A DNA stretch of 63,813 nt, the filler included. It is 11 parts of 11 records of this genome, joined end to end, with 100 filler letters (N's around TTAATTAATTAA, not from the genome) between each part and the next. Parts side by side here need not be neighbours in the genome. Positions count along the whole stretch, not along the records: positions 49,251 to 53,762 come from SRR9670534_1109; positions 53,863 to 57,280 come from SRR9670534_1116; positions 57,381 to 61,199 come from SRR9670534_1127; 8 more parts are not named here. One strand, 5' to 3'. Positions 51,388 through 61,299 of this stretch are shown in pieces. The translations under genes and the position numbers were made by a program. Every line of letters begins with the position of its first letter. Position 1 is the first letter of the stretch. The notes under the pieces were generated by a model. The model searched no databases. It was given only the letters and a program-made list of their open reading frames with translations, and had not been told where the DNA came from.

Positions 51388-52686
51388 ATGTCGGAACAAA
51401 ATCGAATTTTAGAGGAAAAAAATAAGTCTTTCTGTGATTTGTTAAGTGATTATGGGAAAAAATTAGTTTTACCTAAAGGAATTTTATTTCAGTCTCAACA
51501 AGCCAAAGAAAAAGCAAATAAAATCAATGCGACCATTGGAGTTGGAGTAGAAGAGGGAAAAATAATGCATCTAGAAGCGGTGCGAGAATTTTTCACAGAT
51601 AAATTAACCAATCAAGAGATTTTTTCTTATTCTCCGGTAATGGGTGTCGGGAATTTACGAAAACTTTGGAGAAAAAAAATCATCAAAGAGAACCCTGGAC
51701 TTTGTGAGAATTGCATGTCTTTACCTGTTGTTATGGGCGGATTGACTCATGGATTGGCCATCACAAGTGCTGTATTTTTTAACAAAGGTGATGTCCTTAT
51801 TTCTCCTAATAAATTTTGGGGAAATTACTCTGGAATATTCTCTAGGAATGGAGTAGAGATTAAAACATTTGAGCTTTTTAATGAGAAAAAACGCTTTAAT
51901 CTTGAAGGCCTTCAAGCGATAATTGAAGCGGAAAAACCCAAAGGGTATGCCAAAATTCTCTTTAATCTTCCGAATAACCCTACCGGCTATGCTTTATTGG
52001 AAAAAGAAGCTTATGAAATTAGAGATATGATAAAGAAATACGCGGATGAGGGAATGAAAATCTTAATGATATTTGACGATGCATATTACGGATTTACTTA
52101 CGAAGAAGAAGCCTTAAAAGCCTCATTTTTCTCCTTTTTTAAAAATCTCAGCACTAATATTACCGCTATAAAAATTGATGGAGGAACGAAAGAACTCTTT
52201 GTATGGGGATTTCGAACGGCCTTTTTGACAGTCCATGTTAAGGGATTTGGCAAAGAAGAATATACTATTGTAGAAGAAAAAATTGGAGGTGCCATCAGAG
52301 CCAATCTTTCCAATCTCTCCTCTCCTGCACAAAATATTATAGCAAAAGTTCTTGAGGATGATTCGTGGCATAAAGATCATAAAAAGCATTATGAAACTCT
52401 CAAAGAAAGAGCGCAGATATTAGGAAAAGTTCTTGAGGATAATGAAGAAAGATATAGTAAATATTTTGAACCTTTACCCTTTAATTCTGGATATTTCATG
52501 CTTATTTTATTGAAAAATGGCATCACTGCAGAGGAATTACGCGTTCGTTTATTAGAAAAAGGAGTGGGTACCATTGCCATGAAGGACAATGAATTACGCC
52601 TTGCCTTTTCTTCTGTGGACAAGGAAAAACTTCCCCTTTTACTTGAAGCCATTTATGATGAGCTAAAAGTAATGAACAATGATTAA
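51388..52686 (+). CDS. Class I/II PLP-dependent aminotransferase (bacterial)
   Basis: INATIG, NLPNNPTGY, DDAYYG and KIDGGTKELFVWGFR (PLP-lysine region). Shine-Dalgarno AAGGAGG lies just before ATG 51388. Confidence 0.9.
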   Translation: MSEQNRILEEKNKSFCDLLSDYGKKLVLPKGILFQSQQAKEKANKINATIGVGVEEGKIMHLEAVREFFTDKLTNQEIFSYSPVMGVGNLRKLWRKKIIKENPGLCENCMSLPVVMGGLTHGLAITSAVFFNKGDVLISPNKFWGNYSGIFSRNGVEIKTFELFNEKKRFNLEGLQAIIEAEKPKGYAKILFNLPNNPTGYALLEKEAYEIRDMIKKYADEGMKILMIFDDAYYGFTYEEEALKASFFSFFKNLSTNITAIKIDGGTKELFVWGFRTAFLTVHVKGFGKEEYTIVEEKIGGAIRANLSNLSSPAQNIIAKVLEDDSWHKDHKKHYETLKERAQILGKVLEDNEERYSKYFEPLPFNSGYFMLILLKNGITAEELRVRLLEKGVGTIAMKDNELRLAFSSVDKEKLPLLLEAIYDELKVMNND

Positions 52687-52703
52687 TGAAAACCGTATCG
52701 CTA

Positions 52704-53720
52704 TTATTCCAAAAGAGCGCTAACGGATAATCCCTTATTTAAGGAATAAATGACCTTGGCAAAGAGCTTGGCAACGCTAAGTTCTTTGTACCAAGAATGT
52801 TCTTGAGAAAAAGATTCCCCCCAAAACACCGCATCGGTTCCAATGACTTGAGTAAAGAGGCGCTTTTCATAAGCCTTATCAAATGCACGATAAGCCTCTT
52901 GATTAAAGTAAGGCAAAGAAGCAGAAATATAAATTTTCTTCGCACCCTCTTCTTTGAGCAATTCACACGCTCGCAAGATGGTGCCACCCGTAGCAATCAT
53001 ATCGTCATTAATGAAAACGTCTTTTCCTTTTACATCCCCAACAAGAGTCATTTTTTTTATGGTAGAGCTTTTATTGTAATCCCGTTCTTTATGAACAATG
53101 GCAAAGCTTGATTTAAAGGCTTTAGCAAAAAAGCTTCCACGCTTAGAAGAACCAATATCAGGGGCAACCACAACGAGTTCTGTTTCGCTATTTTTTATTA
53201 ATTTCTCCACATAAGGTTTAATAATAGCTCCTGCAAAGAGATTTTCCATATTCGCGCTTTGGAAAAATCCCTTAATTGCCACAGCATGAATATCCAAAGT
53301 AATCACGCGCTTAATTCCCGCTAACTCCAACATATTTGCAAAGAGTTTTGCAGTAATGGGTTCTCGTCCCATGATTTTATCTTGCCTAGCATAGGGGAAT
53401 TGAGGAATAATGAGATTGATACTTTTTGCATCTGAATATTTTGCTGCTTGAATACAAGATAAAAGGGAGAAAATATTATCGTTAATGCTTTTTTTCGAAT
53501 AAGGATCATCAAATAATTGAAAAACATAAACATTTTTTCCTCTGACACTTTCGTGAATGACATATTTCACCTCTTTGTTGGAAAATGTCACTTCCTCCCC
53601 CTTTGCAAGCCTTAATCTTTTCTCTTTTTTATCTTCTAAAATTTCATTAAAATGATGCAGCACCCTTTTGGTAAAAGGCAATCCCGAATTAAGGGAAAAA
53701 AATTTAATATCATTATTCAT
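52704..53720 (-). CDS. prs: Ribose-phosphate pyrophosphokinase (bacterial)
   Basis: ESVRG, PYARQDK..GREPITAK, TLDIH, VVAPD.G and PRPP-binding DDMIATGGT. A purine-rich SD (GAGGGGG) lies upstream. Confidence 0.95.
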   Translation of the reverse strand: MNNDIKFFSLNSGLPFTKRVLHHFNEILEDKKEKRLRLAKGEEVTFSNKEVKYVIHESVRGKNVYVFQLFDDPYSKKSINDNIFSLLSCIQAAKYSDAKSINLIIPQFPYARQDKIMGREPITAKLFANMLELAGIKRVITLDIHAVAIKGFFQSANMENLFAGAIIKPYVEKLIKNSETELVVVAPDIGSSKRGSFFAKAFKSSFAIVHKERDYNKSSTIKKMTLVGDVKGKDVFINDDMIATGGTILRACELLKEEGAKKIYISASLPYFNQEAYRAFDKAYEKRLFTQVIGTDAVFWGESFSQEHSWYKELSVAKLFAKVIYSLNKGLSVSALLE

Positions 53721-53862
53721 AGCCCCATCCCCCTCTTTAAGTATTCATTTTACAAAAAATCCNNNNNNNNNNNNNNNNNNNNNNNNNNNNNNNNNNNNNN
53801 NNNNNNTTAATTAATTAANNNNNNNNNNNNNNNNNNNNNNNNNNNNNNNNNNNNNNNNNNNN

Positions 53863-56667
53863 ATGAGTACTTGTGGTATGCTTGGTGGTTGTACCATTTG
53901 TTGGTATAGGAGTTGACTTTGTTGTACGAGTACTTGTCGTTTTAGTCGTTGTAGTGGTTTTTGTTGATTTGGTACGTGTAGTAGTATTATGAGTTGGAAG
54001 ACTAGTAGTAGTTTTGGCGACATTTGCCAAAGGCACCGTTGCAGTATTAAACAGGTTACATGTCGTTACATCTACATATTCAAAAAATTTTATTCTACCA
54101 TAAATATAAAGTTAAATTTAAACTCTTTAAATTAAAGATCATACTTTTAGAAAATGTGTTATTTTCAACAAAAAAGGGTTGAATCTGTAAATCTTTCAGG
54201 CAGGCAGAAAAATCGCGAAAATTACCGCAAATGTAAGGGCAAAAAGTTGCCTCATGAACATCAGCACCAACAGGAGTAGGTGTCAGGTATTGAGCAGTAA
54301 CATTGGTACCAACTGGTTCACTGGCATTTGGGAAGTATGATTTGTCAATGACGTAATAAACAGTAAATTTATCCATTAAGGCAATTTTATTTCCGGAATT
54401 TCTAAAGTGGAATGTTACGTTGAATTCATAAGCATATTTTGGTGGTTTAAAGGTCAGAGATAGCTGTGAGTTCAAGTTGGACAAGCAATAGCCATCGAAC
54501 GTAACCTTTTCTGGTATTTCAACATGGGACCAACCCTAAACAAATAAAGTTTACACGTATTATTAATACGGAATATAAAAGGTTTCATAGTAATTTGGAC
54601 TCCTCTACAAAAGTCAGGATATATTGGTATGGTAAAGAGAACAATATTTCTGTTCGTGGTGCTAGGATTTGTTTTGGTATTTGTTGGTGCATTACTTGGA
54701 TACTTTACGATACCAAAACTTGGATCTTTGGGAGATAAAACCATCGCTGAAGCTTATAATGATCAACCTCCTTTATTACCAGTAGATGCTCTGTGTTCTT
54801 CAGAGTTAGCTTTGACGTTAAATAGAAACTTCAGCAAAGATCCCGCGTTTCAGTATTGGGTGAAACTAACTAATAACGGGTAACGAGCGACCTGCGAAGC
54901 GATACCGAAATTAATAATAGATGGCGCTCTATTTTGTTTTCACTTTCAGAGCTCTGAAATCCTGTATGGCAGAACTGTGTTCAACCAATGGCGGATGCAA
55001 TGTTCAAACTCCAAGCTCTTATTTAGCACATCATCTTGATAGTGACATGACAAAAATTACAGTTGATGGTAAAACTGACGAACAAGCATGGAAAAATGTT
55101 CCTTGGACTAGTGATTTCAGAAGTAAACGCAAAAAAATTCAAAACTTAATTCATAGTATGTACCTATTTGCCCTTTTTAGACAATGAAAATAGTACGGAA
55201 TTGGAAATGCACAAAATAAGAGCAAAAATTAGATATGATGACTACTGGTTATATGTAGCTGGACAAGTCAATGAATATTCAGACGATGAAAAGAACATTA
55301 CTACTGAAACTTTTATCAATGTCAGAAAAGACGTTAACAATGAAAAGAAAGTTTATGATAAAGGTGACCTTGTTCAGGTAAAACAACAACTTCGTTGCAA
55401 ATCCATTACATACCAACAAGCATATTAGGACAAGATTAATAATAATTATGTGTGTAGATACTTCTGGATACAGACTGGTCTGGAAGATGGTACAAAGAAA
55501 TAACAATTAATTCAAACGGTTTATACGCAGATCAATATATTGACAAGGTGATTTTCGATTTTTGCGAGTGAATTGCTCATAAACAGCCTCCTTTTAGCCT
55601 TACCTTAACAATGGCAAAGGAAACCTAACATGGAACATGAAGAATCTAAAAGCAGCCATATTCAAGAATGAATCATTTCAATTCATTCTTGATAAAAAGT
55701 TGAAAGTAAAATCCTGGGAGGTCGAAATTGCTCTACCAATGATCGATTTAGCACAATTTACTAAAACTTCTCTGATACCACCAAGTGTAAAAGCACAATG
55801 GCGCTTGTCGTTAGCGGGTTTATTGAGAAATGGCAATGAGATAACTTCTGCATCATGGAGTCCAACTTTAGCTAAAACTTTACACGTTCCAGAAAGGTAT
55901 TGCGTGCGCATGCGAAAGTCCAGGCCGCCATCTTGGATTTCACACAACTTTTTAGATTCGGAATAATACAGTTTACGAGAAACCATCCAAAGTACATTTC
56001 CAAGCATCCAGAACCTATCAAAACCACCAAGTGGCTTCTGCAATTTACAGCATATGAAATTTACAAAGCTCAGAGGGTTAGCCTATGCATCACTAAAACT
56101 TTTCACTAAAAGGTATTGTTGTTTTTAGGAATTCTACCCGAACCGAAGATTTTATGCAAAATCACTCATAGAACTGGGACGGTATCTGCCGTTGTCTGTC
56201 GTTACCGAAGCTTGTGCAAAAGTGAAAGCAATTCATTCTGATGATAATTTCCATAAATTTAACATATCGTTAACGGATTTTCAAGGAATATTAGTGGTGA
56301 TAGTAAATAATTTTAGAGAATACAAATACGTCTAGTACAAATTGTACTGTTACAGTAGCTTATTAATTATTGTCACAACTTACGAATAGGTAATTTCACA
56401 TGTAGCATGTAATTAAGTACCTAATAAATTATACCTAGTAGGTGTGTAATGGTTAATATCATAACATGTTCTGTAAGCTTACCAATTCAGCTAGGTACAT
56501 ATGTAATACAAATATAATTAACAACAACAGTAAGCTTACCAATTCAGTTGAATTGATGACTGGATAAGACAGGTTTAGACTTAGATCAAAATATGCCATT
56601 AAACAGATTTCGTCTTTATCCCAAACAGTATAGTGATGATAAATGGACAAAACGTCATACAACATAA
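53863..56667 (-). CDS. LAMP-family glycoprotein, partial. Exons 56667-56540, 54535-54145, 54071-<53863 (Thr-rich hinge).
   Basis: The joined sequence ICLMAYFDLSLNLSY..|GWSHVEIPEKVTFDGYC..LSLTF..YFPNA..C..LKDLQIQPF..FSK|NVTTC fits the LAMP luminal domain. It has many NxS/T sites and a following mucin-like hinge. Splice phases match. Confidence 0.75.
54629..56335 (+). CDS. Type II membrane protein with a CBM9-like (DOMON-like) carbohydrate-binding domain. Exons 54629-54879, 54950-55122, 55181-55377, 55458-55547, 55598-55896, 55956-56076, 56129-56335.
   Basis: N-terminal TM. ITVDGKTDEQAWKNVPWTSDF, AKIRYDDYWLYVAG, ILLDTD..YKEITIN..DKPY, WEVEIALP and SWSP..LHVPERFGIIQF. Six GT-AG introns keep the frame to TAG 56335. 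Confidence 0.75.
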
Positions 56668-57569
56668 CTAAAACAGAAGATGCATAAACATATACATGTA
56701 TAAAATTTATATTATAAATTTACTGTATCTAATAGGTACAGTAATGAATTCTTAGTCAGAATTCAGTAAGAATTTCTTACATACTAATAGTATGATACTA
56801 TGCATTAGCATGAAATATACTGTATGATACTAATACCTAATACCACTGTACTGTACATGTGTTTACCATGGATACATATAATTTAACTGCATTTGGTATA
56901 GTACTATTATAGTACATTATGTACCGTACACACGTTACGCTGCGTAACTTTCGCACCAAATAGGTATGGAATTGTTTATTTCGTGAATAGACGAGAATGA
57001 GCGATGAAAGTTGTCTATTCCACGGAATGAAGAATTCCACATTTGGTGTTTTACATACACGTAGGTACATAATGTACCGTACATTATGTATTGGTAGTAC
57101 CAATTTGGTAGTTCATACCACTACATATACTACATACTACACAAATTGTGTAACACAATACTATAGTACAATATGTACCGTACATACTACTGGTATACGT
57201 AAGTAGGGGCGTAATACGCACCTACGTATTAATATGCATTGTCGTCAAGGATATTACCTACCGTATTTACTCGATTAGAGNNNNNNNNNNNNNNNNNNNN
57301 NNNNNNNNNNNNNNNNNNNNNNNNTTAATTAATTAANNNNNNNNNNNNNNNNNNNNNNNNNNNNNNNNNNNNNNNNNNNNATTATGCTACCGTTTGCACA
57401 TAAAATAGTTGAAAATCTAAATGGGACAAAAAACGCTCTTAAGCACAAGTTTAAAATACGCTATTTTTGCAAATTTAATATGCTCTCAAAATATTTTGAT
57501 TACATCCTAAAAATATTTGATTACTATTATAATTATTAGTTTATAAGTAATAGAAGACAAGTGCAATTG

Positions 57570-59732
57570 ATGAAGTGGAAGATATTGCTTTTTTGTTTGT
57601 TTTTTGGCATTATAGCAATGATAAAAGGAACTTTTGTTACACTCCGGGTCTTGTGCTTATGTACAAAAGATTATTCTGATGATTATTACTATGCATATTC
57701 ATACAATCAAGCACCTAATTCAGTATCAAGCAATGAAAGTTTCGTCAATTGGTTAGATGAATTCAAAGATAATTCTCGCAGGCATATAACCTGCAACAAA
57801 GTTGATTACACACATTACACAGACAGCCACGAACTACTTTGCAATGAACTACTACTACATTTAGAGTTTCTTAAAAAAACAAATGGTCCTATAAAACTAC
57901 CTGTGCTCTTGTTTTCCATTATTTCTGATTTTCGTAAAACAAGTCGTGTCTACAAAGGGATTAAAGTGGAGTTTCCTTGGATAACAATGCCACTACTCGT
58001 TCCAACACCTAATTCAAGGTCTAAAGCTGCCATTATCACATCTCCAAAGGCAACACTCCTTCTTTCCAATTTTGAATTTATTTATCGTGCTTATGGTAAT
58101 TCACATAGCACCCAAACGTTTTATCATCTTCTACTACTACATGATGTTAAAAAGGTTATTTTTGATGAAAAAGAAGCAGATGTGTTGCCAACACGTGTTA
58201 GGAACAGTGCCAATTTTGGTAATTTAAAGATGATGTTTGTTATAGAATTGAAATCTGTATATGAAACTATTTTGTTGAATCCTAAGCACATAAAAACGCT
58301 TCCAACGCAATTAAGTAACCTAATCATATTCCAAGATGTTCAGCTCAGTGTGGCAAAATTCACCTTTTCCGATAAAAATCTTCATCTTCACAAAGAAATG
58401 CATGTTATATTAAAAAAGAAAGTAACATTTAAAAAAATTGGAAAAGACGCTTTTTCATCCTCCGTGCATTTTGGTGTTAGCGTCAACTTAACAATACAGA
58501 AATTTGTTTATTATGCATTTGAGACTATATTATATTTTACTGAATCTTACCACAACTACCACTATGAAAGTTTTGGCAATATTAACTCCATAAAATTCTA
58601 CTTTGATAATACCTATTGCTCTCTGAAGGGTCAGGATAACTGTTCACATGCAGTCAAAATTGTTGCATCAAAAATAAAAAGATTTCATCCTGCATTGGTC
58701 AAACTATACTGTCTTTTACAACTTAGTAGTGCATCACTTAATATTCATTATAATCATAGCTTAGTATTTTTTAACAGGAATGAATTAGATTGCAGACTGA
58801 TGGACATTATGGATAGCTTAAAACTTAGTCTAACAATTAATAAGAATCGTCAACGTAGCTCCTGTAACTTCCATAATCTCAAGTATTCATGTGCCTCACT
58901 AAATGTTTCTATACCTGATGTATTAACCTCAGTTCCAGAAATGAAAAAGGATGAAATTAACTCTGCTGCAAACATTTGGGCTACTATGGAAAGACATTTT
59001 ATCATTAACGATCATAACGGAAAAAATTTGTATTTGTATGGCGAAGAAGCATTTAGTCTTTGGCTCATCAAGGATGTCAATAGTATTATCTCAGGTAACA
59101 TAGGGTCAATTGAAACACGTTGCTTAACAAAAAATGGACATCTGAAGAACGTTGCTGCTGCTTTGGTACATACAGTGGGTATCTCTGGCTTGCATACTAT
59201 GCTTTTTAAAATAGAACATGGTAAAGCGTTTATTGACACCTTTGCAAGAGATCCCAGCCAAACACACCAGGACATAAAAACGGCCATTGACAATAGCATA
59301 TTTTCTGAATTCCGTAAAAATCCCATTAAAAAGGGTGATTTTAAGACAGATTCAATTGGTTTAATATCAAATGATGTATTATATTTATTTTTCATTGCAG
59401 AAAATAGTGCAAGAGAAAAACGTTCAAAAGATCAGAAGACAAACCTTTTGGACACTATCATGAACTTTATCTTTAGGCTTGCTGGTGAATTTAATTTAAG
59501 AGAGATAAAACTAAATTCAACGATTTCCTTGCAGATTCTCTGTGAATGTGAAAATGTGTTGACAATGTACAAGATTGTTAGCGAAATAATAACTTGTAAA
59601 CATGACAGCAAACTTACAGTTAAGGATTTCTTTGACAAATGCTTTATTAAAAAACCTTCCCCCAGAAATGGCACTACAGGGTTTATCATAATAATGATTG
59701 TTAATTTATGCCAAATTACCCCGAAAAATTAA
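57570..59732 (+). CDS. Large uncharacterised protein with signal peptide; possibly a receptor ectodomain exon
   Basis: 720-codon open frame in AT-rich DNA, with hydrophobic N-terminus MKWKILLFCLFFGIIAMIKG and several NxS/T sites. No family recognised. Confidence 0.6.
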   Translation: MKWKILLFCLFFGIIAMIKGTFVTLRVLCLCTKDYSDDYYYAYSYNQAPNSVSSNESFVNWLDEFKDNSRRHITCNKVDYTHYTDSHELLCNELLLHLEFLKKTNGPIKLPVLLFSIISDFRKTSRVYKGIKVEFPWITMPLLVPTPNSRSKAAIITSPKATLLLSNFEFIYRAYGNSHSTQTFYHLLLLHDVKKVIFDEKEADVLPTRVRNSANFGNLKMMFVIELKSVYETILLNPKHIKTLPTQLSNLIIFQDVQLSVAKFTFSDKNLHLHKEMHVILKKKVTFKKIGKDAFSSSVHFGVSVNLTIQKFVYYAFETILYFTESYHNYHYESFGNINSIKFYFDNTYCSLKGQDNCSHAVKIVASKIKRFHPALVKLYCLLQLSSASLNIHYNHSLVFFNRNELDCRLMDIMDSLKLSLTINKNRQRSSCNFHNLKYSCASLNVSIPDVLTSVPEMKKDEINSAANIWATMERHFIINDHNGKNLYLYGEEAFSLWLIKDVNSIISGNIGSIETRCLTKNGHLKNVAAALVHTVGISGLHTMLFKIEHGKAFIDTFARDPSQTHQDIKTAIDNSIFSEFRKNPIKKGDFKTDSIGLISNDVLYLFFIAENSAREKRSKDQKTNLLDTIMNFIFRLAGEFNLREIKLNSTISLQILCECENVLTMYKIVSEIITCKHDSKLTVKDFFDKCFIKKPSPRNGTTGFIIIMIVNLCQITPKN

Positions 59733-60692
59733 TATGTGCAGTGTCAATTTTAAATTTTGTTGCAGTCGCAAAATGAAATAAGCTGATAGTACCAAACTAG
59801 CACAGTACGAGTGGTACTGCCAGTCTGGTTGACTTATTATGGTTATTATAAATAATAACGGTATATTGCAATAACATGTTATAAAAAATACTGTAATTTG
59901 CGAACAAATTATGAAAATAGACACGGTCTACTGTCACAGTTACCCTAACAAATAAGAAACCATGTACAACATATTCAATGTATTCTTACTTGGACAAAAC
60001 AGAGCAAAAGCTTTTCTGATTTAAATCAGAAGAACTGAATTCTTAGAATTCATTAATACAAGATAGGATTCTATTTTTGCATTAATGCTTCGAGAAACGA
60101 TGTCGCTCTGTTTTGAGCAACTTGAAGAATGATGACAATTGTATTGCATTTAATGACAAATTCCCTTATTATGCAGCAGTGTATCTTTGCCAATGATTCA
60201 TTGGTAGTACCAATTTGGTACTATCATAGTGATGATCAATGAATCGTTGGCAATCATACCATGTAGCATTTGATATCATTTTACTGCATCTACCAATGGT
60301 GTTTTATAACATGTAATAGGTATAGCGACGCTAGCACTGCTATCATATGATATGATCAATTAATAATATTTTGACACCTATATTGCTTACTTGAGACATG
60401 TTATACTATAAGGTTCAGTTTACCCACTCAATGTTTAGCATATGCTTAGCTTAGGTATACCTCTACTGTAGGTGAAATCCAGCATCATCGTTATCTATAA
60501 TAGATAATCTATTAATAATTTATTAATAACAGTATTAATAAGTTGTTATTAATAATAATCATTATGGTATATAGCAAGTTGGCATGGAGTGATGATAATA
60601 CGCAATGCGTATTACGCATTATTGTAAAACTAAGTTGTCTGCGCTTAGCAGAATTCATGTTTACATCTTTTAAATGCTGTTTATATTGCAAA

Positions 60693-61199
60693 GTTTATGA
60701 TAAGCCCTGCGTTATGTCAACCATATCAAAAAGACCTGCAGGAAGTGCCGAAATTACTCATGACGGATTTACAAGAAACTTTTCAAATAATAAAGATGAG
60801 ACACCAACAACGACCAAAATATACTCTTCTACCAAAACGGACAGCGGAATTGAAAAAACTTCCAGCCCACAACCAGATGATGACCATTCTCAAGAATCAA
60901 TGGAAGATAAAAAGGGAAAGTCCAAATTAGGATTGATTATTGGCATAGTTGCTGCATCAGTTGTCGCACTGGGAGTTATACTAGCTATTTCCATTTGCTG
61001 TATAAAGAGAAAGAAGAATCTAGATAAAGCCAAGAAAAAGTTAGTGACTGGAAAAAAAGATCATTGCCATCGTTACGACCATGGTAGCATTCCACCACCA
61101 GTTATTAACTTTTCTGAAACAATCAAGGAAATGCCGATTGATTTAAATTTTGAGAGAAGAACTCTTGGCGAAGGCATTGGTGGTAAAAACTTTATTGTT
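60693..61199 (+). CDS. Exon encoding an S/T-rich stalk, a TM helix and the start of a protein kinase(-like) domain, truncated by the contig end
   Basis: TM LGLIIGIVAASVVALGVILAISICCI and basic stop-transfer KRKK. LNFERRTLGEGIGGK resembles the kinase Gly-rich loop LGEGxFGxV. The 5' boundary is uncertain. Confidence 0.55.
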
Positions 61200-61299
61200 N
61201 NNNNNNNNNNNNNNNNNNNNNNNNNNNNNNNNNNNNNNNNNNNTTAATTAATTAANNNNNNNNNNNNNNNNNNNNNNNNNNNNNNNNNNNNNNNNNNNN

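Noticed and set aside
49251-53762. Horizontal transfer of bacterial genes into the animal genome
   Set aside because: The contig has no junction with animal sequence and has purely bacterial organisation. Co-binning is the simpler explanation.
49251-53762. Bacterial defence or retron-type system involving the RTs in this window
   Set aside because: The RTs are eukaryotic APE-LINE type and lie on other contigs. The bacterial contig has only housekeeping genes.
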